In this document: one piece after another, positions 1 through 8,584 of the stretch
Layout of the letters: each line of letters starts with the position of its first letter
Numbering within the stretch: the first letter of the stretch is position 1
Source of the DNA: a virus
Lineage: Duplodnaviria; Caudoviricetes
IMG/VR virus record: IMGVR_UViG_3300016744_000005
Coordinates: 52,369-116,368 of that record
Length of the DNA: 64,000 bases
Strand: one strand, 5' to 3'
Made by a program: the position numbers and the translations under genes
The notes under the pieces: generated by a model
Told to the model about the DNA's origin: nothing
The model's input: only the letters and a program-made list of their open reading frames with translations
Database searches by the model: none

Positions 1-43
1 AGTTCACAATATTGTATTGTTGGTTTTTTAAAAGAGGTTTCTA

Positions 44-886
44 ATGGACAAGTTATCCACCGTATTTACTACTCCAATCGGATTGGAGTTATTTGGTCTT
101 GATAAGATCGTCAACTACCTGAAAGACCGACAGATCTTTACCAAAGCCCGTGGTCTCGTTACGGGACTGTTCAGCGGCTTTAAATCCAACTCGATTAAGA
201 TCGAATCAAAACTCGATGTTAAGCTCCACGGTTGGTTAGAGCGTGAATCGTATCTCGTGTTAGAACACGTAGAGGTGTATATCCCTCGAAATATGTCAGT
301 GCCCTACACACAATACCAGTCAGTGTTATTAAAAATCGCTAGTGAATTAGCCACCTCTCGCAAAGTATTGCTATCACAAGCGATCGCGACTTTTGGTTAT
401 TACATTAATTCACCGGCATCACTGCGTGCCCACTCGATTAGACCCGGCGATGTTATTGGTAGTGCATTGCCACCTAAAGCGAATAAATGGTTAACAGATG
501 CCGCGGCACAGATGTCGACTTGTCTATCACCAGCCCAACTAATGGATACTACTCCATTTACTAAAGCATTTCAACGCAATGGTGAAGTAGCTGAAGTAAC
601 TCAGGTAGCGCATGAGTTATATAGTACCGTAGTACTAGCACAGGCTACACCAATCGAAGATGAAGCGATGCAGTTAATGGATTTAGCTGAGAAGCTCTTT
701 GATATGATTAAAAACGACCCGCTGTATCAAACTGTATCAAAACCAGTCATGGATGATTTGGTACATCGTTTACAATGTGCAGCGGAATGGACTGAGTTTT
801 ATGCAACCTACGCTCACCAGCTCCAGCAGATGGCAGTCGCTATCTCTGACACAGTAGCTAAACTGACTAAAATCGCTAAATCGTGA
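44..886 (+). CDS. Probable head/inner-body virion protein of phiKZ-like phages
   Basis: 280 aa, helical; GAGG RBS; N-terminal G-L-E matches the S/A/G-X-E cleavage motif of the phiKZ gp175 prohead protease; lies next to RNase H as in phiKZ-like gene order (recalled, not searched). Confidence 0.5.
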   Translation: MDKLSTVFTTPIGLELFGLDKIVNYLKDRQIFTKARGLVTGLFSGFKSNSIKIESKLDVKLHGWLERESYLVLEHVEVYIPRNMSVPYTQYQSVLLKIASELATSRKVLLSQAIATFGYYINSPASLRAHSIRPGDVIGSALPPKANKWLTDAAAQMSTCLSPAQLMDTTPFTKAFQRNGEVAEVTQVAHELYSTVVLAQATPIEDEAMQLMDLAEKLFDMIKNDPLYQTVSKPVMDDLVHRLQCAAEWTEFYATYAHQLQQMAVAISDTVAKLTKIAKS

Positions 887-891
887 CAAAA

Positions 892-927
892 AATAAAGTA
901 CTTACCTTTCGGGGTAAGTACTTTATT
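892..927. terminator. Bidirectional hairpin terminator between convergent genes
   Basis: aataaagtacttacc / ggtaagtactttatt arms; A-tract on the left, TATGCTGT at 932. Confidence 0.8.
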
Positions 928-930
928 ACA

Positions 931-1446
931 TTATGCTGTCTGGACGATAGCTACGTGTTTATCGAGATGCCAGACGATATTCGTGATCTGCCCATCTAAC
1001 TTAGTTTGTAGTAAGTGTTGGTAGAACATATCGGCTAAGGTCTGATACCAGGCGAACGGTGGGAGTATCCGCACTAACGCATCCGGTAGTACGTCGTTCA
1101 ACTCAGTAATACCCGACTCTCGTAACGAGTTAATCACGTCTTCAATGACCTGTACGAACATATGTAGTCCAGTAGATAAATCATTAAAGACATCTATAAA
1201 CAGCTGTTCGAAATCCTGACCTTGTTCCGCACACCACCAACACGCATCTTCGTAGAAATCACCATAACAAACTCCTTCAGACCAACCATCAAAACAGACA
1301 GTAGTACATGTATGTTGAAAGTAGGTATGGACAAACTCACGGATAAATGTGGGTAATCCAGCTATTTCATATCTAGTATAGGTGTCTTGCCACCCTAGCC
1401 TTAAATGCTCCTCAAGCTCCTGAGAGAGCTGTAGTACGTATCGCAT
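931..1446 (-). CDS. Hypothetical protein; start revised to ATG 1446 (MRYVLQ)
   Basis: AAGGAG RBS before 1446; the longer 1530 start overlaps RNase H and crosses a hairpin. Confidence 0.7.
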   Translation of the reverse strand: MRYVLQLSQELEEHLRLGWQDTYTRYEIAGLPTFIREFVHTYFQHTCTTVCFDGWSEGVCYGDFYEDACWWCAEQGQDFEQLFIDVFNDLSTGLHMFVQVIEDVINSLRESGITELNDVLPDALVRILPPFAWYQTLADMFYQHLLQTKLDGQITNIVWHLDKHVAIVQTA

Positions 1447-1466
1447 CGAATATACTCCTTCTAATC

Positions 1467-1494
1467 CAGGTAGAGAGCCGAAGCCCTCTACCTG
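1467..1494 (-). terminator. cUUCGg-loop hairpin after RNase H (terminator or stabiliser)
   Basis: minus strand caggtagagggc-TTCG-gctctctacctg; no clear U tract. Confidence 0.6.
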
Positions 1495-1498
1495 TGTA

Positions 1499-3115
1499 TT
1501 AGTCGTTAAATTTAACGGGGTCTTGATCACGATCTAGATGTCGGTAATTACGGTAATTCCCACACCACACCCCATAGCTATCATCGGTGATAATGATAAA
1601 TGCATATCGGAATGTAATTTTAGAGAACCGCCAGGTTACTGCGAACACCCGTGGGTGATCGTCCGCTAATCCAGCCATCATGTTCCTGGTAGGTATATCG
1701 ATACCGCGTGCAAAGATAGTAGGTATTAGTGTATCCGTGCAGGGATTGGGTAAATCGAGTTTGACCGACTTCGAAGTCATGTTATAAAACTCTGACATCT
1801 TCGTCTGACCAGCAGAACCATCTTTCTTCAGTGCCGTAGTATAAAACAGATCAGTTACTTCTAACGACTGTAGTGCCAGCGGTGTAAAGTCACGACACTC
1901 TGGTATCACATGCCCTTGTTGTAACAGATGACTGTATAGCACCGTACGCAGTAGTTCCTCCTCCTCCTCTATCCGGTAGGATAAACGAGGTGGCCTTAAC
2001 ATCTTCGAGATGATCTCTTCCCGACGGGTAATTAAGTCATTACGAGCGTTTTTGATCCACATCGTTTCTGCAGTACCGTGAAGCTCTTCCCAGATAACTT
2101 TAGGTAGTAACAGATTCGAGAGGTTGATCATATTGACCACTTCAGACTGATACATGACGTTAGTGGTGGCCCACATCTTAGACTGATGATAATCGCGTAA
2201 GCGCTCGATAATCGACACTGGACTATTAGTTAACACTAACCCAAACCCAGAGTCTGATTTCTTCTTACCCAATAACTCCACATCATCTTTGGATTTACTG
2301 TGGTCACCGACGAAGTAGTGATGGTAATTAATACCGTCAATCTCTGTCTGTCGTGTAGTCCGTCCAGTAAAGCTGTAGCACCATTTCGTCCGTATCGCGT
2401 TAGGTATAGGTTTCTCCACATCCCAATAACGTGCGTCACCGACGATATAATCACGCCAGGTTATATCGGTATCCAAACCTTGGTTATTGATAGCGCGTAT
2501 TACTCCAGAGGTAGCACATCGATCCGCACACTCATTACCAAAGTGTTCAGCATGGGCTTTAATCCACTTGAGCTCTAAGCGCCCTGCATATTCAGTACGT
2601 ACCGCCAGGATACGTTCCCACAAATCACGATGCGCTACATCATCGCCATCTGACTTACGCCACCCTTTGGCGATCCAGTTATCTAGGTCGTTGTTAAACC
2701 CTTTTACCAGATACTGACTATCCGCTTGGATAAAGTAGTATTCGGCTTTATGTGGGCAAGATTCAAACACTTCTAAGAAAGCTGACAATTCACAGCGTTG
2801 TGCTGAGGCAGTTAATCCACGCCAACCGTCGACGAGCCGAACTGTATCACAATCTTTAATCACACCCGCATCTTTTAGTTTGATACTGTAATCCCATTTA
2901 CTGTATTCAGGATTATACTCAGCATCTTTCAATTGATCGCCAGTAGGTTTAGGACGATAGCCATCCGGTGTTAATATCACATCAGCATTAGCGTAGCGAC
3001 AACCAGGCAGCGTATCAAAGAAATACCCATGGATACCCCAACCACCACCAGTAACTTCCTCACTGGTACGGTTGCCACCGTCTGTATAGAGTACTGCATA
3101 TTTAAATGAACTCAT
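1499..3115 (-). CDS. rnhA: Ribonuclease HI with long C-terminal extension (jumbo-phage type)
   Basis: Motifs LYTDGG, CELSAF, ADSQYLVKG, W..KGW, HRDLW, WIKAHAEHFGNECAD. Confidence 0.9.
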   Translation of the reverse strand: MSSFKYAVLYTDGGNRTSEEVTGGGWGIHGYFFDTLPGCRYANADVILTPDGYRPKPTGDQLKDAEYNPEYSKWDYSIKLKDAGVIKDCDTVRLVDGWRGLTASAQRCELSAFLEVFESCPHKAEYYFIQADSQYLVKGFNNDLDNWIAKGWRKSDGDDVAHRDLWERILAVRTEYAGRLELKWIKAHAEHFGNECADRCATSGVIRAINNQGLDTDITWRDYIVGDARYWDVEKPIPNAIRTKWCYSFTGRTTRQTEIDGINYHHYFVGDHSKSKDDVELLGKKKSDSGFGLVLTNSPVSIIERLRDYHQSKMWATTNVMYQSEVVNMINLSNLLLPKVIWEELHGTAETMWIKNARNDLITRREEIISKMLRPPRLSYRIEEEEELLRTVLYSHLLQQGHVIPECRDFTPLALQSLEVTDLFYTTALKKDGSAGQTKMSEFYNMTSKSVKLDLPNPCTDTLIPTIFARGIDIPTRNMMAGLADDHPRVFAVTWRFSKITFRYAFIIITDDSYGVWCGNYRNYRHLDRDQDPVKFND

Positions 3116-3774
3116 TCTGTATACTCAGCAATGACTGCACGTACTTCAGGCAGTACTGCAATCTTAGATAAGAAGTTGTAATAACGCGCACAGTGATATC
3201 CCTCTTCGATGGCATCGTGTAACGCGATATGTTTGTGGTACTGGCCATCAGGACAGATTTGTGCCAGTGTAAAGCCAGAGGCTTGTGGTAAATCCACCGC
3301 GGCATAGAAACGATCGATGGTACGAGAGGAGTCCATCATGCGCATTAACAGTGGATAACGATCATAGCCGTAAGAACGCACGACGTTAGTCATAATCACA
3401 TAGTCAAAATCAGGACCACGCATAGCGATAGGCATATTCCATTTCTCACGATCATACTTCGCTAAGAACGCTTCTAACTGATCACAGCAGTCACGTAGTG
3501 TAACTGGGTTAGTTACCTGCCAGTTATGATCACGTGCTACCAGTGACGGATATTTAGGATCAGAACCAGAGTACGCCCACCACTCGTCAGTACTAGCACC
3601 GATGGTTCTATCTGCTTGGGTAGCGTCATCAGGACCCATTAACCATTCAGCTGAATCTACACGCTGCATAGTCTGTACGTCAAACACGGCAATACCTGCA
3701 GCTAATACATACGCAGATGGTAGGAAGTCACGGGTTTCTAAATCCAGTGACGCAACATAACGTGGGATTTTCAT
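3112..3774 (-). CDS. DEDDh 3'-5' exonuclease (RNase T/DnaQ-like)
   Basis: ExoI LDLET, ExoII GPDFD, ExoIII HIALHDA; ATGA overlap with rnhA. Confidence 0.8.
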   Translation of the reverse strand: MKIPRYVASLDLETRDFLPSAYVLAAGIAVFDVQTMQRVDSAEWLMGPDDATQADRTIGASTDEWWAYSGSDPKYPSLVARDHNWQVTNPVTLRDCCDQLEAFLAKYDREKWNMPIAMRGPDFDYVIMTNVVRSYGYDRYPLLMRMMDSSRTIDRFYAAVDLPQASGFTLAQICPDGQYHKHIALHDAIEEGYHCARYYNFLSKIAVLPEVRAVIAEYTE

Positions 3775-3852
3775 AACAGCTGCTCCAGTAGTAATACGAG
3801 GTATGATATATATTTATATCACTATACGATACGTGCTACTGTCATAAATAAC

Positions 3853-3878
3853 CAGAGGTAGGCCGAAGCCTACCTCTG
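3853..3878 (-). terminator. cUUCGg hairpin terminator
   Basis: cagaggtaggc-TTCG-gcctacctctg followed by gttatttatg. Confidence 0.75.
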
Positions 3879-3884
3879 ATTCGA

Positions 3885-4259
3885 TTACGGTTTGTTACGC
3901 TTATAAGTCCGTGTAGAGGGACCAGATGGACATACTACAGGTGTATCCAAGGCACTTTCTAAGTAACCATTGGTGGCGCGGAGTTTCTCGACCTCTTTTT
4001 CTAAGTCATCGATATCTTTATTGAGATCGGCTAGTTTTTCTTTAGTCGTTTCTAATCGGACGGCAGCTTCGATCTTCTCCCCTTGAAGATCGTACACTTT
4101 CACCAGCGCTAACCCCAGTAGTGCTGCTAACAATACCGAAGCTAAAAACAGGATTACTCCGCCCGATTTACCCCCCTCCTGTGCACGTTCACTATCGGCC
4201 ACGTCTTTTAATCGCTCCAATAACCACGGTACAAATAGCTCACTAAACAAAGCCATCAT
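3885..4259 (-). CDS. Single-TM protein with C-terminal coiled coil
   Basis: Hydrophobic VILFLASVLLAALLGLALV then heptads; AAGGAG RBS. Confidence 0.7.
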   Translation of the reverse strand: MMALFSELFVPWLLERLKDVADSERAQEGGKSGGVILFLASVLLAALLGLALVKVYDLQGEKIEAAVRLETTKEKLADLNKDIDDLEKEVEKLRATNGYLESALDTPVVCPSGPSTRTYKRNKP

Positions 4260-4286
4260 ATTATCTCCTTGCTCTTGTTTTCATTT

Positions 4287-4290
4287 TATG
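4287..4290 (+). promoter_or_regulatory. Candidate late-promoter TATG (also 16745-16748 and 59664-59667)
   Basis: TT(T/C)TATG precedes three plus-strand structural operons; TATG is the phiKZ late motif, but 4 nt is weak evidence. Confidence 0.35.
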
Positions 4291-4343
4291 TTAATACATT
4301 ACCATATTACCCCCTAAGTGTCAAATGACGACGGAGTCTTAAA

Positions 4344-5684
4344 ATGTACATATTGAAAGGGTTTATTAACATCGATGCGTTAGCCAACAATACCCCGGGC
4401 TCTGTGGCTGCTTTAGGGGAGCTTTCGAATGCATCGATGACGTACGCTATCGAGAAAGGTTATTACAATCGTGAGAATCTCGAAAATGTAGAGTTAGTAT
4501 CATTTACTTCCCGCTATGATACTGCCACGACCACTGGTCCTAAGATCGCAGTACCAGCTAAATACTCAGATCACGTATTAACCGTAATGCAGTGGATCTT
4601 TAATCAATCCATCGCAGATAAGATTAGTAATGATGCTGAAGCGTTCCGGACTTTACTCCTAGCCCAATACGGTACTATTATCGATGATTGTGAAATCGGT
4701 AAAATGGTAGTTGAGAAAGGGAATTGGTTACCTTCATATATCGCTTGGAAATTTGATACTGCCGGCGAAGATAATGCTATCCGCATCTGGTTATCAGATG
4801 ATGCATTTAAAACACAATACGACGAATATCAAATCGTAGTGATACCACCGATTGAACCTGTGGATATTTTCCAGCGAGTTAAATCTATCGTCGCGCCTAA
4901 ATTGGCTGAGTTCACAGTACCTGGATTACATGTCCGTGTATTAGAGAAAACTAAAGGCGAGCCATATACATATCTGATCTCGAAGGATTACCCGTGGTAT
5001 GACCGCGAAGATCCTACTGCGACTTTGATGACTACTTGGACTGTCGCGATCTATGGTATCGCTGGTAATAACCTCGAAGTTATTAAAGATGCATTAGCTG
5101 ATTATATCCTGGCTAATTCGACTTATGATCGGGATGATTGGATTCCGGTGTTCCCAGATATCTTCACGAATACTGAATTTACGTTTATCCCATTCTGGCA
5201 GCGTAGATCAGTCGTAGATGAGACCGTACGGGGCTCCCTATACTCCCCTATAGTTCCATATGATGGTTTACCAGGATTTGCTGCAAAATTCACCAAATAC
5301 GTGCCAGTAGAGCACTTGCAGAAATATTTAATGCTCGCAGGCATCCAATATAAGTCTATTGCCTCAGTAGTAATTGGTGGAAATGAGAATCGTAATAAGA
5401 AATACTTATTGACGGATTATTTCCCAGATTACGCATTGATCTCCACTACCTCTATCGATTTTAATCGAATGTCAGCATCTACGGTTGAGTTTATTACTAA
5501 ACTCACTACCGCCGTAATAGCTGCTGAAGAGATGGATGAGTATTCGTATATCGGTGCGACTATGTCACGTATTACCCGGGATGGGATTCTCTATGTGGGA
5601 TTCTCACATGAAGACGTGAGCTTCTTGGTAGTGTCACGTGGATCACTAGAAAAGATCTTAGCAGCATCGCAGATGCAAGGATAA
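4344..5684 (+). CDS. Conserved phiKZ-like virion structural protein
   Basis: 446 aa; MYILKGF..NNTPG..LGELS start and W...FPDIF..TEF motif recalled from phiKZ-like virion proteins; GGAG RBS. Confidence 0.6.
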   Translation: MYILKGFINIDALANNTPGSVAALGELSNASMTYAIEKGYYNRENLENVELVSFTSRYDTATTTGPKIAVPAKYSDHVLTVMQWIFNQSIADKISNDAEAFRTLLLAQYGTIIDDCEIGKMVVEKGNWLPSYIAWKFDTAGEDNAIRIWLSDDAFKTQYDEYQIVVIPPIEPVDIFQRVKSIVAPKLAEFTVPGLHVRVLEKTKGEPYTYLISKDYPWYDREDPTATLMTTWTVAIYGIAGNNLEVIKDALADYILANSTYDRDDWIPVFPDIFTNTEFTFIPFWQRRSVVDETVRGSLYSPIVPYDGLPGFAAKFTKYVPVEHLQKYLMLAGIQYKSIASVVIGGNENRNKKYLLTDYFPDYALISTTSIDFNRMSASTVEFITKLTTAVIAAEEMDEYSYIGATMSRITRDGILYVGFSHEDVSFLVVSRGSLEKILAASQMQG

Positions 5685-5695
5685 CGAGGTGATCT

Positions 5696-6334
5696 ATGGC
5701 CGAACGTATTCGTAAGTGTATTACTCCGCCGATTAATGCGGCGGGGATATTTACTGCTTACTCCCCATTTACCCTACCGATCAATATCGTGTATCGGTGT
5801 GATGCCATTCGAACCTTTAAAGAGTTAATCAAAAAAGGGATCAATGTCTTTACTACCTATTACGAACCGAAAGGGTTATCCGAAGCTACATATCAAGTAG
5901 ACTACGATTTAAATGCATCGATCGTTACTTTAGTATCGGGTACTGGTGAGTTTATCTATGTACCTAATACTTATATCGAATCTTACCCTGGCGATGCTGG
6001 AGTAGTTTATAATCGTAAAGTATTGGTGATCGAACTCGGTATGCTACCTACTCAAATGGACGTAGATTATATCTTCCCATTAGTGGAAGACTTAGTACAC
6101 AAAAATTTAGGGGTCGCTAATACTGCATCGGTAGTGACTGCACCTTATACTGGAGTAATCACCCATGACCAACATGTGACCCTGGAAGCTTCACGATTAG
6201 TCGCTATTCGTGGTTATACGACGATATACGAACAGCTATTGGCTACCCAGAAACAGTTAGAGTCATATCGTACCCAAAACGAACAGTTGATGTCAGTAAT
6301 CGCTGCACACCCAGAAATCGTCACAAAAACTTAA
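5696..6334 (+). CDS. Conserved jumbo-phage protein
   Basis: 212 aa; GAGG RBS; TPP..G.F and YVP.TYI.SYP motifs; C-terminal coiled coil. Confidence 0.55.
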   Translation: MAERIRKCITPPINAAGIFTAYSPFTLPINIVYRCDAIRTFKELIKKGINVFTTYYEPKGLSEATYQVDYDLNASIVTLVSGTGEFIYVPNTYIESYPGDAGVVYNRKVLVIELGMLPTQMDVDYIFPLVEDLVHKNLGVANTASVVTAPYTGVITHDQHVTLEASRLVAIRGYTTIYEQLLATQKQLESYRTQNEQLMSVIAAHPEIVTKT

Positions 6335-6352
6335 TAGTACACAGACATAAAT

Positions 6353-6384
6353 CTACCCTAGAGAGCGATCGCTCTCTAGGGTAG
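6353..6384. terminator. 32-bp perfect palindrome between convergent genes
   Basis: ctaccctagagagcga|tcgctctctagggtag; TATG on both flanks. Confidence 0.8.
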
Positions 6385-6406
6385 TATGCCTTTATGTTTA
6401 CACGAT

Positions 6407-7246
6407 CTAAACCATCCGTCGACGGTCTAGATAACAATCGCCTTTCTCCATCGTCCGTCGTTTTTGTGGTGTCCCATTCGGATCGATGGTAATGAGACGT
6501 GTAGTGTGGACCATAGATTCACTCACCACGGTGGTGTAGCGATCTGGTCGTGGGCACTTGGACTGTGACAAGGCCTGACGTTTCGAGACGTTAGCAATTG
6601 TGACAGGTCGCGGTAGATGTCGCTTAACTATTGGTGAGTATACCGCAGTATTCGCCTTTAGTTTCGCAAAGATACCAGCACGAAAAGCAGCTACTGTTTT
6701 AGCTTTACCATTTCGGTGGTAGAACAAATTGTAATTCGCCGCAGCGAAGTCCGGCATGATCGATGCCGCTGTTCGGTTACTGCGCACGTGCTCTAACTTC
6801 ACCACCTTTTGTGGGGAGATGATGTGAGCTAAGTACAAATCACCAGGTGTTACACGTCGAGCTAAGTTCTCATTTAAATAGCGGCGGTTCTCCTTGATAT
6901 ATTCGCCACACATCAGCGCATTTGCATACGCATCGGTACGACGAGTGTTACGCGCCAGACCATATTTTTTACCATAAGTTTTGAGTGTAGTACGCCATGT
7001 ACGTCCAGTAAACTGACACACACCAGATGCACTACTTTTATTACTTTTCGCGCGATGATTTAAACCACTTTCAGCGCCACCAAAGCCCGCGAGTATATCA
7101 ACCGTTACACCGGTGGTCATTGCAGCTTTAGCAATGAGCTTTGCATTATGATTGATATCAGGAGCTTTAGTACGTTTTGCTTCTGCGTATTGCAGGTGAC
7201 CCAATGTCACCACGAGCAGTAGCAGGGTAGTTAAGAATCTATTCAC
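6407..7246 (-). CDS. Lytic transglycosylase (SLT, phiKZ gp144-like catalytic domain) with N-terminal signal peptide
   Basis: Catalytic AES, SSASGVCQF..TW, YG.KYG, ANALM..EYIKEN, DLYLAH; hydrophobic N-terminus ending AEA; GTG start with GGAGG. Confidence 0.85.
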   Translation of the reverse strand: MNRFLTTLLLLVVTLGHLQYAEAKRTKAPDINHNAKLIAKAAMTTGVTVDILAGFGGAESGLNHRAKSNKSSASGVCQFTGRTWRTTLKTYGKKYGLARNTRRTDAYANALMCGEYIKENRRYLNENLARRVTPGDLYLAHIISPQKVVKLEHVRSNRTAASIMPDFAAANYNLFYHRNGKAKTVAAFRAGIFAKLKANTAVYSPIVKRHLPRPVTIANVSKRQALSQSKCPRPDRYTTVVSESMVHTTRLITIDPNGTPQKRRTMEKGDCYLDRRRMV

Positions 7247-7462
7247 AGGAAATTACCTCCATCGGTTGTTTGGCGTTAGGTATCACCTTTGTAGTAGCCG
7301 TATAAAACCGACTACACGCGATTACCCCTACCGTTACACAGCCCCCGTTGGTAGCAAGCACTCTCCTAGCTTGCCACAGGTCGAGACTATTAAAAACTAA
7401 TGTATTACCTCGAAGTCGCACATTAGTAAGGTTTGGACTGGTCTGGATTAAAAGGAATGATG
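7247..7462 (-). ncRNA. Candidate structured leader / cis-regulatory RNA
   Basis: Stems at 7381-7413, 7351-7377 and 7294-7315, the last inside a longer imperfect stem ending just 5' of the RBS. Confidence 0.4.
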
Positions 7463-8086
7463 TTATTGCGGAGTAGCAGCCGGCGTTATCGCATGATTGA
7501 ACTGCCCCACATACATCCGTGGAATTTGAAACGGTTTATCGTAAGGTATCACCTCCTGTAATTTACACAGCTTAATCGGTGGGAGATAGCGTAAACAGTA
7601 GAGAGGAAAGTCACAATAGCGACCGTCGGCTGTTACGATATAACCCAGGGTTTGAATAACACTAAACAATGCCCCAATGTGATACACACCACCTGGCACA
7701 TCACATAAGATATTTTTACCAATCTGATCTGCAGTTAACGAACACGCCAGCTGTATGGATTCTACGGTAGGACGTGCGATACATTTCGGTGGGTTTTTGG
7801 TACCGCGATCGTTATGTACGAATATACGTTCCACGCCAGATAGTGTTTTTACTACCGGTGTGATTTCACTGCTGTGTGCATTCACCATATAACGACTAAT
7901 ATACTCGTGATACGCTTTAGAGAAATTCAACTCCGTGCCATAGATAGGCTCTATAGAGATCAATGCCAGCTGTGGATCATCATCTTTATTGTCTTTAAAG
8001 ATCGGTACAGCGATCTGAGCGCCGCGTAAGCTCAGAGTATTTATATCAGGATTAAAATGAGATAATTGTTTTAAGTAAGGATGCAT
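7463..8086 (-). CDS. Hypothetical protein
   Basis: 207 aa; GGAGG RBS; downstream of an early-promoter-like motif. Confidence 0.75.
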   Translation of the reverse strand: MHPYLKQLSHFNPDINTLSLRGAQIAVPIFKDNKDDDPQLALISIEPIYGTELNFSKAYHEYISRYMVNAHSSEITPVVKTLSGVERIFVHNDRGTKNPPKCIARPTVESIQLACSLTADQIGKNILCDVPGGVYHIGALFSVIQTLGYIVTADGRYCDFPLYCLRYLPPIKLCKLQEVIPYDKPFQIPRMYVGQFNHAITPAATPQ

Positions 8087-8160
8087 GTAAACCTCCGCGC
8101 TTTAAGCACGAATAATGATTAAACCAATGAGAGATTTCCGTACCAGACCAGGGTACCTAG

Positions 8161-8174
8161 GATAATATATATCT
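8161..8174 (-). promoter_or_regulatory. Early (virion RNAP) promoter-like motif
   Basis: AGATATATATTATC; compare phiKZ early consensus TATATTAC. Confidence 0.65.
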
Positions 8175-8193
8175 CTCTTTGGTTACGTTCTAA

Positions 8194-8571
8194 TTAGTAG
8201 ACCACGTGCTCAGGTAACATCGGGTTACCTACAGTATCTAATATACGTTGTAAGTAAGTATCACCGATCAGGTTCTTAGCTGTCTTCGATACTAATACTT
8301 CAATGTTATTATCCGTTAATCGTGTACACAGGTGTTTAGAGGCACTATGCCAGAAATTCGGTTTAGTTGGATGGGCTTCTACAAAGCATAACTCTGTACC
8401 GCTATCAGTAAAGATATATAGACGAGGCTTTTCAGCAGCCCCTGGTGCAAACGACATCGCCATCGGTGTTTTAGAAATCGGTAGATGACTTACTTCGTTT
8501 AACAACGCTTCAAAATCACTACGGGTTAAATGCACAGCACGAGTGTGAGATTTACGACGATCAATTAACAT
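8194..8571 (-). CDS. Hypothetical protein; start revised to 8571 (MLIDRR)
   Basis: AAGGA RBS just after the sbcC stop. Confidence 0.7.
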   Translation of the reverse strand: MLIDRRKSHTRAVHLTRSDFEALLNEVSHLPISKTPMAMSFAPGAAEKPRLYIFTDSGTELCFVEAHPTKPNFWHSASKHLCTRLTDNNIEVLVSKTAKNLIGDTYLQRILDTVGNPMLPEHVVY

Positions 8572-8584
8572 AATAGAAATCCTT

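Noticed and set aside
3885-4259. i-spanin call
   Set aside because: TM plus coiled coil fits, but no lipobox o-spanin partner or lysis-gene context was seen, so it is left as a membrane protein
7239-7421. 60-aa ORF in the transglycosylase leader
   Set aside because: GTG start with no RBS and it overlaps several stems; a leader-peptide role is not excluded but is unsupported
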